NCBI GenBank assembly: GCA_026023565.1 | Contig: JAPETS010000005.1 | Location: forward strand, 124,001 to 188,000 | Origin: Cirrosporium novae-zelandiae | Taxonomy: Eukaryota | Direction: 5' to 3' | DNA: 64,000 bases | Shown: in pieces, positions 37,777 through 50,356 of the stretch | Position numbering within the stretch: position 1 is the stretch's first letter | Layout of the letters: every line of letters begins with the position of its first letter | Position numbers and translations under genes: made by a program | The notes under the pieces: model-generated | The model's input: only the letters and a program-made list of their open reading frames with translations | Told to the model about the DNA's origin: nothing | Database searches by the model: none

Positions 37777-38942
37777 AAGGGAAAAAAGAACCCTTATTCA
37801 AGGATCCAAGGATTTCAAACGTCCGACTGATAATCAATCTAATCGATTCAGTTAGTCAAGTCAGCTAATAAGAAAAGATGAAAAAATACATAACATAACA
37901 AAGGTTCATTCCTTCCAAAAAAATATATTAGCTATATTGATTAATTATATATATGTTCAACGCATATACCAAAAAAACAAACCAAACCAAACGACCGGGA
38001 GTTGTGTTGGGGGGCTGCGTTGGGAGGACCTTGCCCCTCTCTACCCAAAGGACAAACTTCTCAACGCGCCTACTTACTCACCCAGACAACCACAACTACA
38101 ACCGCAACCGCAACCGCAACCGCAACTGCAGCGAATAAATACGTTTTCATCTTGTTGTTTGGTGACTACGCATATGTCATACCCACCCAACAATCAATTA
38201 TCAGTCAGTCAACACTCGGAACGGAACGAAAATGGGCAGCCAATTTACAGTCTCTCTTTATACATAGCAAAGATCAAAAAAGGGTAATACTCTAGATGCT
38301 AACTAATTACTAGACTTTAGGTAATTGCATCGGTTAAACTACCTAGTACTTTCCGTTTGGTCCTTCATTCGTTCGTTCATTTTGGTCCCCTTCACATGTG
38401 ACCAGGATACAATAAAGTATTAATTTCATTAGGAGTAGTAATAGCGAAGTAAATAGTTAAGTTAGCTAACACTCGTTTGCTTGTCCGTTCGTTTAGTTTC
38501 ATAGAGAGAGGTAAGAAAAAACAGCTGGCAAGAAAAAAAGGCCTTATGCATAAGTGTAATAATTTATTTATTTATCTTTTTCATTAAACCATATCAATCT
38601 TAGGAAGTCCCGCCCCCAACCCATTTAACAGACAAAAAGCAAACCAAGAAAAGACAAGGGAAAAAAAGTATTGTGTTAATCGATCAAACAAACACCCGCT
38701 TTCTCGCCACATCACGTACACGTCCACGTTCCTGTAGTTTGTAGTTGTGGTTCTGTTTGCAGTACCCAATAATAGTAGTTATAGTAAAAGAAGGGTAAAA
38801 AGAGGTAAAAATGAAAGGGCAAACTCCCTTTACCCCTCCCTCCCTCACTCGCCCCGGATGCATGACAAGTAGGAGAGAAGAAAAAAAGAAAAAACAGGGT
38901 TTCCCCATCAATCAGTCAGTTCAAGTCATCCATCTAATCTAT

Positions 38943-41052
38943 CTAGAGTTCATTCTGCATCACACTCTCAACAACCGTTTCCACCTTTGGAGGTGCCGCC
39001 TCTTCTTTGCCTCGATTGAACCATCCCATCCAGCTGCCTCTGTTTGCCTTTCTAGCCGCCGTCTCATCGACCGATGCGCCGCGGTGTCCGCTGCCTTGAT
39101 CCCCGCTTCCGAATTCCGCTGCCTCCTGCACAAGCCTCAAAGGGCGCATTTTGTTTTGTGTCATGACAGCCGGGGTGTACTTTGCCTGGTTTAGGGATCT
39201 GGGGGGGCTGGAGCTGTTGGTAGCGACTTCGCCGTTGCTATGTTCGCTCCTGAAGCTTTCTGAGCTGGCGTCGTTGTTGGTTTGGCGGTCGCCGGGGTTT
39301 ATGATTCCCGATGCAGCGCGGGAGCTGGGGGTTGAGCCGGAGCGAGGGCCATTGACGGGGAGGGAGAAGAAAGAGCTGTTGCGTGGGGAGGCGATACTGG
39401 TAGGGCTTATGGGGCCAGGGGGGACGGGGCCACCGGCTGGGGATGGACCGCGGTACATATGGTTCACGACCGAGGCAGCATGGTGGTTGTTGGCCATGTC
39501 GGATCGTGTCCTGCGGTGACCACGGTTGAGGGGGATGCTGGGTGCCGTTGAAGGGTCTTCGTGGGCATTTGGGCCTGGGCCCCTCATGGGTGGGAGTTGA
39601 CTCATCGGTCTTTGCGGTTTGTTGGGACGGCCGGTGCCCGATACAACCGACTTAGCTCTCTGTAGCAAAGAGGGAGCTGGTTCGTCATCCTTTGGAGGTG
39701 GTGGAGGTGGAACGTCGTCTGCCTTTGGCTCATCGGAGCTCTTGTCCAAGATGGTTTCGAAGCCTTCGTGTTGTAAGAGACGCCCGATGATTCTCTCGAT
39801 ATAGAGCGTTAACGCCTTATTTTGGTCTTTAAGAGACTTAGCTTCGGCTTCTATACGCCTGTAATTCTCACTCTCGTGTTCACCCTCAGTAGCACTCTCA
39901 AGCTCATCAGCTAGAGAGCCCAATCCGGACGCTCTCGCGTTCGACGAAGACTCCTGCATGAAGTCTGCTTTCGAAAAATCGCCGTTAAGCGTCTTCTCGC
40001 TGAGGAGGAGCTGAAAGCTCTCGTTGTCTTCCATCAACCTTGCATTAGTCATGCGAGTCTCAAGGAGAGTCTTTTCAAGGGCTTGCAGACGACCATCGCC
40101 CATGTTTTCCATCTCCACGAGCTTGATCTGGGCTTCTGCCAGTTCCAGGCGGAGAGCCTCTATCATTTTGTCCTTCTGCAGTATCAACTTGGAGCTCGCG
40201 CGAGAGCTACTTCGCTCGATATTTGCCGAGGGAGCAAACTGCCCATCACCTAGATCAGGGGATGAACGATTCCGGAAGCTAGCTGCTTGACGGTCAGTAT
40301 TGATATGTTGGAAGATCGATAAACGGAGACTAACAAGATCTGGATAGCTTGCCTTCTTCTCCCGTGTTGATTCGCATTTCCTTCTGAGCTAGAGTTTCCT
40401 TTAGCCGTTGGATAACATTCTGCAGCTCTTCTTCCTTAGAAACTTGTTCCTCCTTGTCCCGTATCATCGACGCTTTCTCAGATTCGAACATCTGTTCAGC
40501 GTCACTCCTTTGTCGAGCCGCTTCTTTCTTCTCAATCTCTAGTTTCGCAATGATTTCCTCTTTTTCATGGGAACTATCTTCAAGCCGACCTTGTTCCTTG
40601 AGAGCATCATCGAGTCGTGATTGTAACGAGACCAACTGACGTAAATATTCCTCCGACGTGGATTCCGCTTTTCGTAGTTGTCCTTTGAGGTCTTCAATAA
40701 GGGCAGCCGTCTCCGCTCTCGAGTTCTCATCACTTTCAGGATCGGGTCTGCTGGATAGAACATTGCTTAAGGTGCTGGATCGAGTATGGTGTCCAGGTCG
40801 TCTTGCAGCAGCACGAGCAGAAATGGGTGATCCAGGAGGCCCTTTGGCCGATCCACTCCTCTGAACGCCATGGGAACTGCTTGTACTACTATGGGTAGAG
40901 CTGTGACCATTGCCATGACCAGTTTGGAGGTTCAAAGGCGTTGGCGACTTGGAGGTTCCCCTTGAAGTGGAAGAGGCAGTTGCGGGAGTGCTAGGGGTTG
41001 TCCTGCGATTACCATTGTTTGGCGGAGTGACTTTCTTGACGGCTGCAGACAT
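38943..41052 (-). CDS. Conserved fungal coiled-coil protein ('M protein repeat protein'-type)
   Basis: Two exons joined by a short intron near 40334-40286; LRLELAEAQIKLVEMEN, ARLMEDNESFQLLLSEKTLNGDF, NKALTLYIERIIGRLL, MRPLRLVQE, SWMGWF. Confidence 0.85.
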
Positions 41053-41694
41053 GGTGCAGGATTTGGATAGTGATTGGCTTCAAAAAAAGGTCTTCGTTGG
41101 ACAACAGGATTGGCTTTTTCCGATGCTGCAGCTTCCCGCGGTACAGAAGATAGCTATTTTCACTTTGAAGAGTTCTGCAACCTTTCCAGAATGTCCTCCA
41201 TATAGTCTGGATATAGAGTCGGCGGGGGGGGGGGGTGTTCGTGTCCAAAAAGTTGAAGGTAATATTGAAGGGGCAGCTGGTTGTAGGAAACTCCTGAAGC
41301 GGGTCGGGGAATGACCCTAGCCACGAAACACGGAATTGTAGGGGCTACCTGGCGGAGAAAATGCCGCTAATTAAAAGTTATCAATACGGTATAGGATTTA
41401 TTTGTTAGGAGAAATGATTTACAGAGGGAAGGGCGATGGGAAGTAGAAGTTGATGACTTTCAAGAGTTCAATTTTGGGTGAGTTTCGTCAGGGCGCAGCA
41501 GTCATCAGCAAATAATAATTATTGTTGTTGTCGCATTCCAAAAATAATTAATTAGAGTAAGAAATGAATGTACTTGTTGGTTTGGCAGGACGGCATTCGT
41601 TGAAGCCGACATAGAAGGAACATAAGGGGCGTGTTGGATGGGTGTGGATGGATTGATTTTCGACCTTTGTTTAGTCGGTCAGGAAAAGGAAGAC

Positions 41695-41702
41695 TCACGT
41701 GA
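41695..41702. promoter_or_regulatory. TCACGTGA E-box (Cbf1-type bHLH site) upstream of RPL30
   Basis: Perfect palindrome ~185 nt upstream of the RPL30 ATG, in the divergent promoter. Confidence 0.4.
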
Positions 41703-41886
41703 TGACCAGTGGCTCGGTGGCTTGGTGGCTCGGCTTTTTGTGGCTTGCTTCCCACCCACACAAACCAATCTTCCACAGCTCAAAATTATAATTCTACCAA
41801 CATCTTTGCCGGAGAGCATTATTCTACCTCGATTTTCAACCACCACATAACTTTCCCTTTCGACAAGTTATCCTAAACGCTCAACG

Positions 41887-42603
41887 ATGGCTCCAAAGAA
41901 GACCAAGAAGACTTCCGAGTCTGTATGTTTTTTGCCCTCAACTCTGGTTCTAATCATCACAATTACTGACTCGAAAAAAAAATAGATCAACAGCAGGCTT
42001 GCCCTGGTGATGAAATCCGGAAAGGTTACTCTAGGATATAAGAGTACTTTGAAATGTCTTCGATCAGGCAAGGCCAAGTTAGTCATCATTGTATGTCCAG
42101 TATCCAGGCACAAGAACTCCATTCATCGTTTTTAACATTCTCCATAGGCCGGCAACACCCCACCCCTCAGGAAATCTGAGCTCGAATGTAAGAATGGACA
42201 GGTACTGCAATAGCTGAGATCTCTTATACTGATGCAAATTGCAAAGACTACGCTATGCTTTCTAAAACCAATGTCCATCACTTCCAAGGAAATAACGTAC
42301 GTTCACCACCCGTTTTCCCCTACTCCCATACCCTTCTCTTGAGGCTCAAAGACCAGATTTCCATGTCTCGAGAGTCTTGCCCAGCGAAGAAGTCTCCTTT
42401 GTGGGAGAGGGACTTTGGAGGGCCTCAACAAGCAGCTAACACTCTCACAGATTGAATTAGGGACAGCCTGGTAGGTTATCTTGACGATGTCGAACTGTCA
42501 ACGTTCCCGTCTAACCAATATTTGTAGCGGTAAACTTTTCCGGTGTTCTACACTTGCAGTCCTTGACGCTGGTGACTCCGACATCCTTACTGGCTCCCAG
42601 TAA
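41887..42603 (+). CDS. RPL30: 60S ribosomal protein eL30
   Basis: Six exons give [108 protein letters not shown]. Confidence 0.98.
42339..42428 (+). promoter_or_regulatory. Structured intronic RNA element with a kink-turn in RPL30 intron 4
   Basis: Outer stem TTGAG/CTCAA; hairpin AAGAC/GTCTT; K-turn GCCC-AGC-GAAG-AAGTC paired with GACTT-TGGA-GGGC. Confidence 0.7.
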
Positions 42604-42849
42604 ATGACATGAAAAAAGGTGGCATGGATTGGATGTTTTATGTTGAGACGGACAGCGAACTCTTAATAGAAGATATTCGCTTGATGACTAGATATATAGT
42701 CGTGAATACCAAAAACAATTCGGCCAGTCGGCCTTGAATCAATCCGAATTTCATCGTACAGCAAATCCATGTTTTTCCAGTGTTACAAATCAAGGTGTAT
42801 CTGTAAGCCTCGTAGATGACTCAGTGACCCAAGTAAGTTAAAGGCATGG

Positions 42850-42865
42850 AGCCCTAAAGCCCTAA
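42850..42865 (+). promoter_or_regulatory. Tandem AGCCCTAA (TTAGGGCT; Tbf1-type ribosomal-protein promoter motif)
   Basis: AGCCCTAA-AGCCCTAA ~180 nt upstream of the RPL10 start; the same 8-mer lies upstream of RPL42. Confidence 0.6.
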
Positions 42866-43042
42866 GCTCACTAGCGAAGCAGTTATGTTAGGAAGTGCCG
42901 CCACGCGATTAGAAATCATTGTCCCCGTCAAAAACGACCTCATCCCCCAAGATCCTTTTGAATTTCCTCGACGACGTAACCTCTTCTAACTCAACAAACA
43001 TCGTTCGCAGGAAGTGCAGAATCAACCAAAAAATCAATCGAA

Positions 43043-44121
43043 ATGTAAGCTTCCATTTTCTTACCGTCGTCCTGATCGATCTAGTCTGACCTTTCAACTC
43101 TAGGGCTCGCCGTCCCGCAAGTAAGGATTATATCTTATGACATGGTCGAAACTGAGCTGAACTCCATCCTAGGATGTTATCGCTATTGCAAGAACAAGCC
43201 CTACCCGAAGTCCCGGTTCAACGTATGTGAATTCTCCACCTGACGGCACTTATCGTACGTGAGGAGAGCTAACTTGAAACCAAAAACAGCGTGGTGTGCC
43301 AGACCCAAAGGTACATATTTATTCGCAAAATCGTGACAAAAAACCCATCTAGACTAAATATTCCTAGATCCGTATCTTCGATCTTGGCCGAAAGAGGGCG
43401 AACGTCGACGAATTCCCCCTTTGCGTTCACATGGTTTCCAACGAATACGAACAAGTAAGGATAAAACGGAGTACAAGATGAAGAAAGTGGTACTAATTAT
43501 GAACTAAAAAAATAAAGCTGAGCTCTGAAGCCCTCGAAGCTGCCCGTATCTGTGCCAACAAGTACCTCGTCAAGGTTGCCGGAAAAGAAGGTGTACGTAC
43601 AATTGGAACATTGATCGAAACAAACACCTAGATGCTGATCATATCAAACAGTTCCACCTTCGTGTCCGCGCTCACCCATTCCACGTTGTCCGAATCAACA
43701 AAATGGCAAGTCCACTGACCCCAAACTAATCACAAGACCTCCTAACTAACAAACACTAAAGTTATCGTGTGCCGGAGCTGATCGTCTCCAAACCGGCATG
43801 CGCGGAGCATGGGGCAAGCCCAACGGCTCCGTCGCCCGCGTCAACATTGGCCAGATCCTCCTCTCCGTCCGCACCAAGGATGCGCACCGCGCCACCGCCA
43901 TTGAAGCCCTCCGCCGCTCCATGTACAAGTTCCCCGGCCGCCAGAAGATCATCGTCTCCAAGAACTGGGGCTTCACTCCTCTGCGACGCGACGAGTACGC
44001 CCAGGCCAGACAGGAGGGTCGCATCCTCATCGACGGCGCTTACGTGCAGTTCCTGAGCACCCATGGAAACCTAGCTGACAATGTCAGGCGGTTCCCCAAG
44101 GCGTTTGAGAGCGAGGCTTAG
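43043..44121 (+). CDS. RPL10: 60S ribosomal protein uL16
   Basis: Eight exons give [39 protein letters not shown]...[20 protein letters not shown]. Start codon split AT|G by intron 43045-43103; last intron 43706-43761 is GC-AG. Confidence 0.98.
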
Positions 44122-45255
44122 AGAGAGAAAGAAAGAATGGTTGAAATGGAAACGGGAAATCGAAATCGAAATGAGGAGCTGTGTGTTGAAAATGAGGGAC
44201 CGAGAATACGATGAGTGGGGGGAAGGAGAGAAGAATAGGGATGAAAAAGCTGTCTCCGTCTGGATGTTTCTTAGAAGAATCGAGACGGAGGAGGTGCTTT
44301 TCTGTAGCTTACCTACCCAATCATATCTAAATGCATGCAGCAATGATTCAAACTTGTTATAGCCCTTTACCCTTTACCCTTTATCTATTACTTCCAGCAC
44401 ATGTCGTAGAAATTGGACATGCCGTTGGTTTTCATACCATATAAAATACCCTTTGATCTACCATTATGTATGTGAAGAACAAACCCTCTCAAACCATTCT
44501 CTCTCAATACCTCCACGACAAACAAGCACAAAAACAAAAAACAAATCATCTATATTACCATACCATACCAACCCCCCTATATACCCATATATATACATCA
44601 TCCCCAACAACAGTAAAAAAAAAGCCGCCCTCTCAACACCAAGAAAAATACCCAACTAATCAAACACATATGTATGACGTATGCTAGAGTTTATAAAAAA
44701 AAATCATAGACGCATACATATATAGATGCACACATAGATGGATGGATGATAGACGGAGAGTTGGATATCACATGTGACATGCGACATGACAGATAAAACC
44801 GGTATGTGGAGTTGGAGTTTGTAAGTTGTAAGTTGTAATAATAAATCAATCAATCAATCAATCGCCCCCCCCAAATAACACATGACAGTGAACAGCACAG
44901 CCATATCTAATGTACCCATCCGTCCATAACCCAACCAGCCGATTTGCAATGAACCATCCCTCCCCCGAAACCCAAATCCCAAATCCAAAATCCAAACCTA
45001 AACTCATCCGCACGCTTTGCTCGCTTCATTCGCTCATATGAATATAGCTAGTATGGAATACGGGCGCCCTCCGAAGTCAAAAATAAAAATAAAAATAAAG
45101 AAAACAAGAATAAAACACCGTACCAATGCATCTCAGCTCGTTCTCATCTATAATGCCATACGCACATGACCAACATGCCCGTTCGTTATCGTAGTCATTA
45201 TTCAGCATCATCATCATCCTCTACTAACACTAACCCAAGGATCAGTAGTTTTCAT

Positions 45256-47019
45256 TCACGCCTCGCCCCAAGTTCTAACTCCCACACTTCCACTCCCCAC
45301 GCTCATCGTGCCCGGGAAATCCCAGTAGCACCGGCTGCTTCCGCTGCCGGCTTGAGTATTGGTCCTGGTGCTCTGGCTAGCGCAGCTACTGCCCGTCCTT
45401 TTCCGGAGGTAGTGGCCCTGGAGAATCGATTTGGACCGATCCCGGTCCCTCTGTCGTCTGCGCTCGCGGTCTTGCTGCGAGCGGGCTACTAAAGGGTGGT
45501 TGTGACGGATGATGGCGGCACGGTAGGCGGATTCGGGGGTTTGGGATATGGCCACGTTGTTGTACGAGTGGTTGATCGAGGAGATTGAGGATTTTCGACG
45601 CGAGGATGACGCCTGGGAGGGGCGGGATGTGGGGTAGGAGTCTGTGAAGCGGTCGCGAAGGTATCGGAAGACCATTTTTACGGAGAGGTCGCGCTCCCAA
45701 TAGGCGCGTTCGCGTTTTAGGCGCTCTTCGTGGGATTCTCCGCGGGGTCGAGGGGTGGGCTCTGAAAACTGATCAAGAGTGGGTTTGAAGATGGGGGAGA
45801 TGTCAGAAGCGGCTTTGGTGGTTGAGGGGAGACTTGATTCTACGAGTACGGGACGAGGAGTCGAGGAACGGCTAATGGGAATGCCCGCGTACTCTTGAGA
45901 AGGATCTGGTAGAGGGGTATAGGTGGAGAATGCACGAGAACGCTCGGAGAAGTGGTTGACGAGAACACCTAATTCGCGAGCGATGCGTTCAAGGAGTTTA
46001 TCTTCCCAGCCTTTGACTAGGGCAGCGGTATCGGTGAAGGGTTGGGAGATGGTAGAGTTGGTCGGAAATGAAGTCCTTGGTGTAGCACTTTGCTCCTCCT
46101 CCTCCTCATCCTCCTCTGGAAGTTCTTCTCCCAATATCACAGATAGCAGAGGTTCGTCAATGCCGATAAGGTCTCTAATCACCCGCCGAGTGATGCGCTT
46201 CCAGAACGATTCTTGTTCTTGCGAATCAGCATTCTCACTAGGTGGAACTGTCATTGCTGATTCGTGGTCGGTATCGTGGAAATCCGCTAATGTTGATCTC
46301 TCTTGTTCCTCTTCAATCGTCTCATGGGTTGACTTTGCCGCTACGCTGGCCCGACTCATTCGTCTCCTTCTAGTTTCTTTCTCTATTTCGTCTAATACGG
46401 CTCTACTCTGCTCCATCCTCCATTGTTCAATGCGCTGCATCCGATCACTCTCCCCCTGTGGACCCATGGATTCCTCGATAGCATCCAGATGTCTCTGAAC
46501 GCTTGATCTTCGATGTCGGGTTCCGTCACTCCTCCTCTGAGGATTGTACCGTTCGAATTGCCATAGCTGTTCTCGGGTGGGAGATCTCGGAGCCTGGAAA
46601 GTTCCAAGTCCATCGTGCACAGGCAATATGCTATCTCCACCTTGATCTATTGTGGTGGAATATCTGCGATAGATTTCAGGTTCCTGAAATGCACGCAGTC
46701 CATCATCTAGACTGTCCAATTCCTCATCCTCATCGATGGTTGTCTCCAATACTTCCGAGTCTGCTTCCACGTCGCCTCCTTCAATTCTCGGAGAGAAATC
46801 TGTCGAGGCCAGTGATCCGAAATCAGTCAACCGCGACCGACCAGCGGTGCATGGTGTTTGATCGGTGGACGAAGCCTGATCGGGGGAGAAGAGTACCCAT
46901 TCCTGTGAATCTTCGGGCCTATGTTGCTGATTTGCGACGGAGATTTCAAGGTTCGGCGCATCCTCCCTGATCGGAGAGACAAGGGGTTGCGGTGCTTGCG
47001 TCGGCTGCCGAAAAGCCAT
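45256..47019 (-). CDS. Conserved uncharacterised fungal protein (587 aa, largely disordered)
   Basis: Single ORF with conserved-looking blocks SQEWVLFSP, LPVHDGLGTF, RIEQWRMEQSR, ESFWKRITRRVIRDLIGIDE, YWERDLSVKMVFRYLR. Confidence 0.85.
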   Translation of the reverse strand: MAFRQPTQAPQPLVSPIREDAPNLEISVANQQHRPEDSQEWVLFSPDQASSTDQTPCTAGRSRLTDFGSLASTDFSPRIEGGDVEADSEVLETTIDEDEELDSLDDGLRAFQEPEIYRRYSTTIDQGGDSILPVHDGLGTFQAPRSPTREQLWQFERYNPQRRSDGTRHRRSSVQRHLDAIEESMGPQGESDRMQRIEQWRMEQSRAVLDEIEKETRRRRMSRASVAAKSTHETIEEEQERSTLADFHDTDHESAMTVPPSENADSQEQESFWKRITRRVIRDLIGIDEPLLSVILGEELPEEDEEEEEQSATPRTSFPTNSTISQPFTDTAALVKGWEDKLLERIARELGVLVNHFSERSRAFSTYTPLPDPSQEYAGIPISRSSTPRPVLVESSLPSTTKAASDISPIFKPTLDQFSEPTPRPRGESHEERLKRERAYWERDLSVKMVFRYLRDRFTDSYPTSRPSQASSSRRKSSISSINHSYNNVAISQTPESAYRAAIIRHNHPLVARSQQDRERRRQRDRDRSKSILQGHYLRKRTGSSCASQSTRTNTQAGSGSSRCYWDFPGTMSVGSGSVGVRTWGEA

Positions 47020-50000
47020 GGCTTATTCAAAGCCGAAAGAAGAAATTAAGATGTAGTCGTCTGGTGGTTGGTGATCGGTGGGAGGCTGGAGGGTAAGATA
47101 AGGCGACCGGAAATAGAAGTGGCACTAATCCAATATCACGCCCTGGGAAAATCCATGATTAGATGGTCAATTTGTTTCAGCTTGCGTAGGAGAAATTGCA
47201 CAAAGTATTGTTGCGCCTGTGGAAACTCTAGCGGTGACGTGAAGGTTACCTCAGTCAGGTGGACAAGACAGGGCCTTGATTTGAATGAAATGAAGCGGGG
47301 GGGGGGCTATAACTAGAGATGAATGCGCAAACAGTTTTGTTGAGGTGAAAGAGGTCAAGTAGTTAATGGTAGAGATTAATGAATATAAAAAAATTTGATT
47401 GTTCAAAGTACCGTATAGATTAAGAGGTAGCAGGTAGCAGGTATGTATTTCAGGAAGGAATGTCAGTTGTCAATGTCAAGGTTGCGTTGATGACTTGATG
47501 GATATGGTGTCGTAGACTTGTAGAGATGATAGACTAAAAACCGATGATGAGTCGGAGTTGATTTGATGGCGGTTGCAGCTGATCCCTGAGATCAAGCAGC
47601 CTTGCAACTTACAACAACGTATCCTTGGGCCTTTGGACCCCCAATTAAAAATCATCGAGGCCTAAAACCAGATACCTATCCCAGTACTTCTACCTTGGAA
47701 CTCAATAACACATGGCCCTGCAACATAATCAACTTATTCCACCGCTACTTTTCGCCTTCCTTCTGAAATTCTCTGTCTTGTTACAATTCCCTTCCATTTT
47801 GTTGATGTGCTTTCTTCTTCGTCCATGACAGCATTCACGTATCGTCACTTCAAAAGGTGCTGTACATATAAATTACAAAACTTTTAATTAACAATCATAC
47901 TTTTCCGATTATTCACTTTTTCTCTTCGCATCTCCGGCGGTCAACCCTATTTTTCTTGCTTCCACTAGAACGACATTGTTACTGATGTTGTGGCTAACCA
48001 ACCCAACTAACCTCTTCTCTACTCGAGTAACAGGCCCATCTGACACCAACAAGCGGTTGAACCCCGGTCAAGAAGATCAGCTTCCTTCTTTCGTGTTTCT
48101 AGAGCAATTTGTTTGTTGGACACTTCATCATGACCATGTGTGAAAGTACAGAAAAGAAAAGAAATAGGGAAAAAAATACGTGATGAAAACTAAAAGCTGA
48201 CCCAAGTGGAAAAAATATTCCCTCGCCACCTCAGCAAAAACAGCCTTATCTACAATCTCACAGGCACCGACAAATCATGCCCGACAGTGTCCTTGAGTCA
48301 AGGTACTTCCACACCCGCTGCCATTACCCTGCATGAAGAAAGATTATGTAGCAGTTTGAGTAATCAGCCGGCAGCTCTGTACAGTACAACTCTAAATTTA
48401 TCTTCAGTCCGGGCATTACTTAGTAGTCGCACAACGGGACGAGACGAGGCGAGACGAAACAGCAGGTCGAGGAAGAAATAAGCAATTTCAGACGAGGATA
48501 GCGTCAGCTTGTCCTCGGTTAAATGAATTTCCTATTTGAATTTCATTCCGTGTTTCTCCTGGCCACAACATGGCCCATGGGTAACTTTTTAAGAACAGTA
48601 ATCACCAATGTTTAAAGAGAGAGAGATCGAGAAGAGAGAGAGGGATGGGGTCATGGAGATATATATCCTTAGGTCCGAGGACACCCGGCGTGGCTCATTA
48701 GGTTCAAAAAAAAAAACAGTTAGTGTACTATTAAAATCTTGGCCTCGCGCTGAGTCCGAATTTAAGTTCACGCTGGTCATGATAATTCCTATCTAAACTC
48801 CGATATCGGTCCGAGTCACCTTCTCCTTTGCGCAAGTTTGATAGGGTTCATGAATTGAGGACTACAACTGCAGATCAAGTGTTGACCAGCATCGCCTGAA
48901 CTATCCTAACTCCTCACTCCTTGTGATTATGCGCTTCCCAGACAAGTCACAAAAGACTCTAGGGGTGTGTGTGTTTGGATAGATGGAGATGGGATTTCAC
49001 TTTCCATCTCCGAAAAGTCTTCGTCAATAGCTTGATGTCCGTAGACTTAGAAAGCTTAAGTCATTCTGATGACAGTTCCCCGCATCAAATACCCCGCAAA
49101 AAATGAAGCCAAGAGACTGAAGCTTTGGGGATGCTGGGGGCTTGAAGGGTCAGATAAGATATTTTGAAGACACATTTCCATGTCAAACAGGAAGGACATG
49201 AGGAACGAGGAGAAATGATTGGAGAGTAAATATATGCAAGCCACGGCCGAGGAGAATGCCCGCATTGACCGGAACCGGTAATATGGCATGCGGAAAGTCA
49301 AACTATAGTGGTTGTTAGTCTAAAGTCTGAGGTAAGTAGAGTGGGGTAAAGTAAAGCCCGAGGTAGAGTAAAGAAAACAAAATAAAATAAGAAAAGAAGA
49401 AGAAAGAAAAGAAAGGGAAAGATGAATGACATTCCGGAGGGGGGGATACTAGATGAACAATAAAAAAGAAAAAAAAAGGAGAAGGAAATATTTGGGCAGG
49501 AAAGCATATAGCGGTGACAACTTTGACAAGGAAAGAATACAGAGAGAGAGAGAGATCAGGTGAAATGTCACATGTTGACTAGGGTTGAAGTGAAGTGAAC
49601 TGTTTCGCCTTTCAGCCCTACACACAGGACTATTAACTATTAATCCCGAATTCCAGATCAAGGGGTGGTCAATAACTTAACTTAAGTGGTGTTTAGCACC
49701 TGGAACGGGATCTACGGGAATTCCGACAATCTCAATAAGTCAAAATCAAATGATTAACGAAAAAGAAGTATCTATATCAAAAAACATTTGCGAAAAAGCT
49801 GGGGGATTGATAATTTTATGGCGGTTTGATTACAAGAAATAGAGAATTTTTAGAGAAATGTGTTGGTTACTGGGAATTGATCAAGCACCTGTTCGTAAAT
49901 ATCAAGGGCCTAAGGAGATCTTTGGGTTGCGCCACAAATCAGGGATTACTTCCTGCTCGAGACAAGAGATCAAAGGGCGCTGTTGTCCGATTTCCAATCC

Positions 50001-50302
50001 CCAATCCCCAATCCACGTATCAATCACGCACAGCAGCGTAATACCTAGGAATTAATTACTTTTCTTGCTCTCTCTCTCTCTCTCTCTCTCTTTCTCCAGT
50101 ACCGTCCGTACCGTCTCTACCGTCTATACCGTGGTCAACCATGGTCCATGGATTTGCAACTTAATAAAGTCAAAAATATTCTCCGGTTCTTCCCGATCTT
50201 TCCCAGATTAGGCCTCGGGAAAGGTCTCGAAAAGGGTGTCTGAAGTCATCGTCTCGCATGTCGCCGGCGGATAATTGTGCGTCTCCTTGTAGATAGCTGT
50301 AC

Positions 50303-50356
50303 TGACGGTGGTGACGGTGACGGTGACGGTGACGGTGACGATGACGGTGACGGTGA
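50303..50356. repeat. (TGACGG)n hexanucleotide array upstream of malic enzyme
   Basis: About eight near-perfect units read directly. Confidence 0.9.

Noticed and set aside
47544..47590. ATGATGA...CTGA box C/D-like pair
   Set aside because: Too short (~40 nt) with no evident guide; expected by chance.
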